Part shown: one piece after another, positions 57,990-64,000 of the stretch
Layout: each line of letters begins with the position of its first letter
Position numbering within the stretch: the first letter of the stretch is position 1
NCBI GenBank assembly: GCA_035627515.1
Contig: DASPLQ010000012.1
Location: forward strand, 1,098,331-1,162,330
DNA: 64,000 bases
Source: Vitreimonas sp.
GTDB lineage: Bacteria > Patescibacteriota > Microgenomatia > UBA1400 > PJMF01
Direction: 5' to 3'
The notes under the pieces: generated by a model
Databases searched by the model: none
The model's input: only the letters and a program-made list of their open reading frames with translations
What the model was told of the DNA's origin: nothing
Made by a program: the position numbers and the translations under genes

Positions 57990-58840
57990 TTAATGAAGTA
58001 AATCGCCAACCAGTCACACAAGAACATGAGTCAACTGAATCAGGGTTTCTTGGGCAGCTGTCGGGCAAAATAGCAGAGCGTTTTGGCCTTTTAGCCCCTG
58101 AAGTGATGGGTATAGTAAGTGCCTTAGTAATAAAAAATACTGAGTTTCAAGAATTTAACTCCGAAGCTATGGCATATGTGGTGTTAGGTCTCTTTACTTT
58201 GGCAAGTGTGCAATATGCAGAGATTAAAGCAGGGAGGGAGAAAGATGATCTGAGTTTTAAAGATTATGCTTTTCGCATGGTTACAGCTTTGGGTGCAGCT
58301 GTTTTTACTGCTGTTGGGGGCTTAGAATTTACTGCTAATCAAGTCAGCACAGCTATTCCCAATATTTCTAACCAAGATTTGCGTGAACTTGCAGCACAAA
58401 TTCCGCGACCTAATTTAGAAGTATTAAAAAATATAGACTTACCTTCATTATCAGATTTGCCTAGTCCTGACATCACTCCCAGTCGTGAACAATTAGCTAA
58501 AGTAGCCGAGTATATTTACAACGCCAAAGTCCCTTTACTTAGCTTAACAGGGCTTTCGTTCCTTGGATACAATATGCAGGAGGATAAGCCTATAGGCAAA
58601 GTAGCTCGAGCTGCTTGGAGGGGAACTAAAGCTGTAGGGAGAGGAATGGGAACAGTTACTAAAACTGGGTTAGGTATTGCAGGATCTGTGATAAATACTG
58701 GAATTGAAGGAGCTAAAGCAGTCCATAGTGGGTATAAACGGAGTAAGGAAGCAATTAAATCATTAAAGAATTTGCGAGTAAGAGTCGAGTGGAAAAACGA
58801 CAATGATCAAGCAATAGACCTTAATCGGTGGAGCAGATAG
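57986..58840 (+). CDS. hypothetical protein (possible membrane/Gly-rich)
   Basis: 284-aa ORF overlapping the previous stop. Confidence 0.3.
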   Translation: MINEVNRQPVTQEHESTESGFLGQLSGKIAERFGLLAPEVMGIVSALVIKNTEFQEFNSEAMAYVVLGLFTLASVQYAEIKAGREKDDLSFKDYAFRMVTALGAAVFTAVGGLEFTANQVSTAIPNISNQDLRELAAQIPRPNLEVLKNIDLPSLSDLPSPDITPSREQLAKVAEYIYNAKVPLLSLTGLSFLGYNMQEDKPIGKVARAAWRGTKAVGRGMGTVTKTGLGIAGSVINTGIEGAKAVHSGYKRSKEAIKSLKNLRVRVEWKNDNDQAIDLNRWSR

Positions 58841-59295
58841 TTGAGTCGTTGGGTTTTTCTACGATTATTTTTGATAACCAACAGGTTATAAAAAATAAAT
58901 GCCAAGCCAACTGCTGGCATAACATAACTTATTCCTATTTTTGCAGCATCAATTAAATAAGTTCTTGGTTTATTAAGTTCTTCACTAGTTAAGTTTTTTG
59001 AAACAAAAGGGTTGAGCTCATGAATGGGAATTTCTTCAACTTCATGTTTGTCTTTAAGTTCTTTTATTGCTTTAATGACTTCATGAGTGGAGATGCGATC
59101 CAGTATAGCTACTAGACCCACTAACCCTGAGCTTATGAGCGGTAAGTAAGCATCAATTTCATCAAGATGAGTAATAATTTGGGTATCTAGCAAGATATAG
59201 GCCATAACAGCTGCAATCAAATTAGCACTCGTTTCATACCACTGTGTAGGTATTTCTTCTTTAGCTTGCTGGTAAAGTTCAGATCCATCGATCAT
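58807..59295 (-). CDS. hypothetical membrane protein
   Basis: 162-aa ORF on the opposite strand with hydrophobic segments. Confidence 0.3.
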   Translation of the reverse strand: MIDGSELYQQAKEEIPTQWYETSANLIAAVMAYILLDTQIITHLDEIDAYLPLISSGLVGLVAILDRISTHEVIKAIKELKDKHEVEEIPIHELNPFVSKNLTSEELNKPRTYLIDAAKIGISYVMPAVGLAFIFYNLLVIKNNRRKTQRLNYLLHRLRSIA

Positions 59296-59322
59296 AGTTT
59301 TCAGATTGTGTCCGTTAAATAA

Positions 59323-60702
59323 TTGACTATAATAAGGTGTGATTTTATGAACAGCAATTATACCTCATCTGGCAATTTTTCCTTGGTTTGTGGCTTAGAA
59401 GTCCACGCGGAACTGAAAACAGAGACTAAAATGTTCTGTGGGTGTAAGAATGATCCCTTTTTTGCTCCAGGGCCAAATACGTATACGTGTCCGGTGTGTT
59501 TAGGTATGCCAGGGGCATTGCCAGTGGCCAATAAAAAGGCTATTGAGTGGACCATTCGCTTGGGGTTGGCACTGGGCTGTAAGATTAATTTATTTTCTAA
59601 ATTTGATCGCAAACATTATTTTTATCCTGATTTACCCAAAGGGTACCAAATTAGTCAGTATGACTTGCCTTTTTGTTATGAAGGACTGTTAGAGACATCT
59701 TTTGGGCCTGTCCGTATTCGTCGCATTCATTTAGAAGAAGATACGGGAAAACTGCAACACAAAACAGTAGAGGGACAAAAAGTCAGTTTAATAGATTTTA
59801 ATCGCAGTAGCGTGCCACTCATAGAAATTGTGACTGAGCCAGATATCAAATCTCCTGAACAAGCTAAGGAATATGGTAAGAAACTCCGTCAATTACTGCG
59901 CTACCTGGATATTGCTGATTGTGACATGGAACAAGGTGGCATGCGGTTGGAGGCAAATATCTCGGTTCGGACTGCTGAACAAGCTGAAAAGGATGAGTTG
60001 CCTACCTACAAAGTAGAAGTCAAAAACATTAATTCTTTCCGGTTTATGGAACAAGCCATTGGCTTCGAAATTCAACGCCAATCACTAGTACTCATGGACG
60101 GTGAGACTCCCAAGCAAGAAACTCGTGGCTGGAACAGTAGTAATAACACCACTTTCCCGCAACGAACTAAAGAAGACGCCGAAGATTATCGATACTTCCC
60201 AGATCCAGATTTACCGCCCATTAGATTCACCCAAAAACAAATCGATGAGTTGAGCAAACAGAATCCTGAGTTACCAGAAAAGGTTGTTAGCCGCTGGCAA
60301 AAAGAATATAAAGTGGAACCACGCTTTGGGGAAGCGTTAGTCGATTCAGTGCAAAGTGTGTTTTTTTATGATGAATTATTTTCCTTAGCTCTCGAAAATA
60401 AACTTGATGCTAATAAAGTAGCCTCCGCTATCATCAATAAAAAAACCAAGGTGGTCGAAGGGGATGTCAAACTCACCCTGAGTGACTTCCAACAACAAAA
60501 TCAAACTGATTTAATTGATGAAAGCGTAGTGATGACTCTTATTTCGGAACTTAAAACTGAGTTCCCGGCTGAAACAACCCGTTTCCAGCAAGGTGAAGAA
60601 AAGTTACTCAACTTCTTTTTTGGTCAGTTAATGAAGAAATTGGGTAAAAAAGTAGATGCCGGGCAGTTGCGAGCATTATTAATGACCGAACTCAAGTCCT
60701 AG
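59323..60702 (+). CDS. gatB: Asp/Glu-tRNA amidotransferase subunit B
   Basis: GLEVHAELKTETKMFCGC...CPVCLGMPGALP GatB signature. Confidence 0.85.
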   Translation: MTIIRCDFMNSNYTSSGNFSLVCGLEVHAELKTETKMFCGCKNDPFFAPGPNTYTCPVCLGMPGALPVANKKAIEWTIRLGLALGCKINLFSKFDRKHYFYPDLPKGYQISQYDLPFCYEGLLETSFGPVRIRRIHLEEDTGKLQHKTVEGQKVSLIDFNRSSVPLIEIVTEPDIKSPEQAKEYGKKLRQLLRYLDIADCDMEQGGMRLEANISVRTAEQAEKDELPTYKVEVKNINSFRFMEQAIGFEIQRQSLVLMDGETPKQETRGWNSSNNTTFPQRTKEDAEDYRYFPDPDLPPIRFTQKQIDELSKQNPELPEKVVSRWQKEYKVEPRFGEALVDSVQSVFFYDELFSLALENKLDANKVASAIINKKTKVVEGDVKLTLSDFQQQNQTDLIDESVVMTLISELKTEFPAETTRFQQGEEKLLNFFFGQLMKKLGKKVDAGQLRALLMTELKS

Positions 60703-60743
60703 CGATTCCCTTCGGTAAATCTTCCTGTTAGACTAATACCATC

Positions 60744-63700
60744 ATGGCTGCTGATTTTGTTCATCTTCACGTCCACACCGAGTTTTCGATGCTCGATGGT
60801 CTGACGCGTATCCCACAACTAGTGGAAAAAGCCAAAGAGCTTAAACAACCAGCGATTGCTATTACTGATCATGGGGGTATGTACGGGGCAATTCACTTTT
60901 ACAACGCCTGCAAAAAAGCCGAGCTTAAGCCAATTATTGGTGTAGAAGCCTATGTAGCAGCAAACTCTCGATTTGATAAGCAAGTCAAGATGGGTGGGGA
61001 TCAGTTCCACATGACTTTATTGGCTCAAACCACGGAGGGATATAAAAACCTGATGAGATTAGTTTCGATTGCTAACATCGAAGGATTCTCATACAAGCCG
61101 CGGATTGATAACGATTTACTCGAAAAATATAACGAAGGCCTCATCGCTACCAGCGGCTGTATGTCCAGCATTATTAATCGCTTATTACTAAGCGGTAAAC
61201 GCGAAGAGGCTATTAAAAAACTCATTTATTATAAAGAACTGTTTAAAGATCGTTTTTATATCGAACTACAAAACCATCCACATATTGGTGAGCTCAAAGA
61301 ATTAAATAAAGAATTAATTACTCTAGCTCGAGAATATGAACTGCCTATCGTAGCTACCAACGATGTCCATTACCTCAACCCAGATGATGCAGAGGCTCAA
61401 GATGCACTACTGTGTGTGCAAACTCGCAAATTGATTGCCGACGAAAAACGGATGTCGATGATGAACTCACCTGATTTTTATTTACGTTCTGGTAAAGAAA
61501 TGGCCGAGCTCTTTCATGATCTGCCGGAAGCTCTCAAAAATACAATGGTGATTGCCGAACAATGTAATGTAGAAATTCAAACTGGTAAGCTTAACTTTCC
61601 TAAGTTTCCATTACCGAGTGGTGAAACTGAAAGTTCATACTTTGAAAAGTTAGCTCGGGAAGGCTTACACAAAAAGTTTACTGAAATTACTCCTGAAATT
61701 GAAAATCGTCTTAAATATGAGATGGAAGTCATTAATCAAAAAGGGTATGCGGCTTACTTTTTAATTACCCAAGACTTTGTCAATTGGGCCAAAAACAATG
61801 GCATTGGAGTCGGGCCAGGTCGTGGGTCAGCGGCGGGGTCATTAGTATCATATGTGCTCAATATCACCACCATGAACCCTTTTCAACATGGCTTGCCGTT
61901 TGAGCGGTTTTTAAATCCTCAACGACCAACTCCACCCGACATTGATATGGACTTTGCTGATGATCGTCGTGATGAGGTTTTAAGCTACGTCGCAGACAAG
62001 TATGGTGCTGACCACGTTGCTCAAATCATTACTTTTGGAAGAATGGAAGCTCGGGTCTCGATTCGTGACATTGGTCGGGTACTGGGTTTGCCCTATGAAG
62101 ATCCAGATAAAATAGCCAAGTTAATTCCTAATGATCCAGGACATAAGACCTCCCTCGAAACTGCCGTAAATACCGTGCCTGAGCTAGCTGAGTATTACAA
62201 GCAACCTAAATTTAAAAAACTCATTAATTTAGCTAAAAAAGTAGAGGGCGTAGTCAGGCACAACTCTGTCCACGCCGCTGCAGTAGTCATCGCTGACAAA
62301 CCTCTCACCGAATACACACCAATTCAAAAAGATACTAAATCTGGTAAAACTATCACCCAATATGACATGTACGTTTTAGACTGTAATGTTTCTGACGATG
62401 CGATTGGGTTATTGAAGTTTGACTTTTTAGGTCTTCGTAATTTGTCTATTATCCAACGCGCGCTTCAATTAATTAAAGCGACCAAAAACATTGATTTAGA
62501 TTTAGACAGCTTACCCCTTGATGATGCTAATACTTACGAGTTGCTCTCGAGTGGTGAAACCATGGGTGTCTTCCAACTTGAGTCTGCTGGCATGAGACGG
62601 GTTGCTCGCAGTTTACGTCCTAATCAGTTTTCTGACATCACCGCTATGGTAGCCCTTTACCGGCCTGGTCCTATGGATCTGATTCCTAAGTTTATTGAAG
62701 GCAAGCACAAACCTGAAAGTGTGGTCTATCCTCATCCTTCGCTGGAGCCAGTACTGAAAGAAACCTACGGCATCATGGTCTACCAAGAGCAGATTCTGCA
62801 GATCGCTAATCTGATGGCTGGCTATTCCTTAGGTGAAGCCGATATTTTACGCCGGGCCATTGGTAAAAAGAAAAAGAAGTTACTGGACGAAAATAAAAAA
62901 CGCTTCATCGAACAATCAGTGGAAAAAGGGTATACCAAAGAAGTTGCCAGCCAGGTCTGGGGCTTCATTGAAGCCTTTGCTAACTATGGCTTTAACAAGG
63001 CACATGCTGCCAGTTATGCCATGATTTCATACCAAACAGCCTACCTCAAAGCAAACTACACTATCGAATACATGACAGCCTTACTGAGTGTTGAATCCGC
63101 TTCTCATGCTATGAACAGAGATGAAAAAGTTTCTATTGGCGTGGAAACCTGCAAAAAGTTGGGCATTCAAGTCTTGCGCCCTGATATCAATTTATCGACT
63201 CAAGATTTTACGATCGAAGCATTAGAAAGCTCTTTAAATGGCTTAGCTGTTCGCTTTGGTTTTTCTGCGATTAAAAATGTGGGCACGGCCGCGATGGAAA
63301 ATATTGTCAGCACCCGACAAAGAATCGGCAAATTTGAGTCATTAACTCAATTTATTACTGAAACTGACGGCCGGAAGGTCAACAAAAAAGTCCTGGAGTG
63401 TTTAATCAAAGTCGGAGCAATGGATGATTTTGGTACACGAGCCAGTATGTTGGAAAATCTCGAGACTATTCGTCAGCAAGCAGCCCAATTTGAATCTGAT
63501 GTAGATGGTCAAGATCATTTATTTTCTGGCGTGGCTACTACTACCAAGACCCAGCAAGATACTTTTCCCACGCTTCCCGAGTATCCCCGTCAAGAGTTAC
63601 TGTCATTCGAAAAAGAACTATTGGGCATGTATCTTACTGAACACCCTATGGCCAAAGCTCTGCAAGCAGTCTCTAAGCAAGCCAACAAAACCATTAGTGA

Positions 63701-64000
63701 ACTAGATGGCAGCATTCACGCCAATCACATTTTCCAGTTTGGGGGAGTGATTACCAAATTACGACAAGTGTTAACTAAGAAAAATAACTCTGAAATGGCT
63801 TTTGGGACCCTGGAAGACCCGACAGGTTCACTGGAGTTTGTAGTTTTTCCCAAAGCCTATGAACAATATAAACCTTTACTCAAAACTGATACGGTCGTAC
63901 TCATCAAAGGCAAAGTGGAAGTCCGTGAGGAGGAAGTGTGTTTGACAGTTGATAAAGTCAGCGTTCCGAGTGAACTAGAACTCAACCATACTGCTTCTGC
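60744..64000 (+). CDS. dnaE: DNA polymerase III alpha subunit (partial, runs off window)
   Basis: PHP domain start FVHLHVHTEFSMLDG...ITDHG; polymerase core GIGVGPGRGSAAGSLVSY; open in frame to the window end. Confidence 0.85.
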   Translation, partial: MAADFVHLHVHTEFSMLDGLTRIPQLVEKAKELKQPAIAITDHGGMYGAIHFYNACKKAELKPIIGVEAYVAANSRFDKQVKMGGDQFHMTLLAQTTEGYKNLMRLVSIANIEGFSYKPRIDNDLLEKYNEGLIATSGCMSSIINRLLLSGKREEAIKKLIYYKELFKDRFYIELQNHPHIGELKELNKELITLAREYELPIVATNDVHYLNPDDAEAQDALLCVQTRKLIADEKRMSMMNSPDFYLRSGKEMAELFHDLPEALKNTMVIAEQCNVEIQTGKLNFPKFPLPSGETESSYFEKLAREGLHKKFTEITPEIENRLKYEMEVINQKGYAAYFLITQDFVNWAKNNGIGVGPGRGSAAGSLVSYVLNITTMNPFQHGLPFERFLNPQRPTPPDIDMDFADDRRDEVLSYVADKYGADHVAQIITFGRMEARVSIRDIGRVLGLPYEDPDKIAKLIPNDPGHKTSLETAVNTVPELAEYYKQPKFKKLINLAKKVEGVVRHNSVHAAAVVIADKPLTEYTPIQKDTKSGKTITQYDMYVLDCNVSDDAIGLLKFDFLGLRNLSIIQRALQLIKATKNIDLDLDSLPLDDANTYELLSSGETMGVFQLESAGMRRVARSLRPNQFSDITAMVALYRPGPMDLIPKFIEGKHKPESVVYPHPSLEPVLKETYGIMVYQEQILQIANLMAGYSLGEADILRRAIGKKKKKLLDENKKRFIEQSVEKGYTKEVASQVWGFIEAFANYGFNKAHAASYAMISYQTAYLKANYTIEYMTALLSVESASHAMNRDEKVSIGVETCKKLGIQVLRPDINLSTQDFTIEALESSLNGLAVRFGFSAIKNVGTAAMENIVSTRQRIGKFESLTQFITETDGRKVNKKVLECLIKVGAMDDFGTRASMLENLETIRQQAAQFESDVDGQDHLFSGVATTTKTQQDTFPTLPEYPRQELLSFEKELLGMYLTEHPMAKALQAVSKQANKTISELDGSIHANHIFQFGGVITKLRQVLTKKNNSEMAFGTLEDPTGSLEFVVFPKAYEQYKPLLKTDTVVLIKGKVEVREEEVCLTVDKVSVPSELELNHTAS

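Noticed and set aside
31394-64000. Defence systems (restriction-modification, toxin-antitoxin, CRISPR-Cas, Abi) in the host segment
   Set aside because: No nuclease, helicase, Cas or toxin-like motifs were recognised. The only methyltransferase (41621-42835) is RNA-methyltransferase-like, lacks a partner endonuclease, and sits between ribosomal protein genes.

Overview
This is an AT-rich bacterial chromosome segment read with the standard genetic code; TGA is a stop throughout. Roughly the first 31 kb is the right-hand part of an integrated tailed prophage of siphovirus-like layout. Almost all of its genes are on the + strand. In order they are: a putative small terminase, large terminase, portal, head-morphogenesis protein, scaffold and major capsid protein. 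Next comes an unusual ~7.2 kb insert of glycosyltransferases plus a sugar-type O-methyltransferase. After it are decoration/fiber proteins, connector proteins, a tail tube, a chaperone pair with a candidate -1 frameshift, a lipoprotein moron and the tape measure. The tail tip follows, including a His-x-His-rich fiber, then membrane proteins, an M23 peptidase lysin, a MazG-like moron and a tyrosine integrase on the - strand at about 30.05-31.08 kb. The left prophage boundary lies upstream of the window. From about 31.4 kb onward the window holds host housekeeping genes: ileS with a T-box-like leader, a SEDS-family FtsW/RodA, rplU, rpmA, parB, lepB, a surface-glycan cluster, and tRNA-Thr and tRNA-Gly in tandem. 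Further on are a LysM protein, tRNA-Asp, PolX, LemA, HtpX, a gatCAB operon split by three unknown genes, and the 5' part of dnaE. The most unusual content is the glycosylation and O-methylation cassette embedded in the virion structural operon, next to Thr/Ser-rich structural proteins. Also notable are an 821-aa fiber protein built from about 26 tandem 15-residue repeats and a tail fiber with multiple HxH metal-binding-like motifs. No CRISPR array, Cas gene, reverse transcriptase or rRNA gene was recognised. All functional calls are from motif recognition by eye; no database searches were run.
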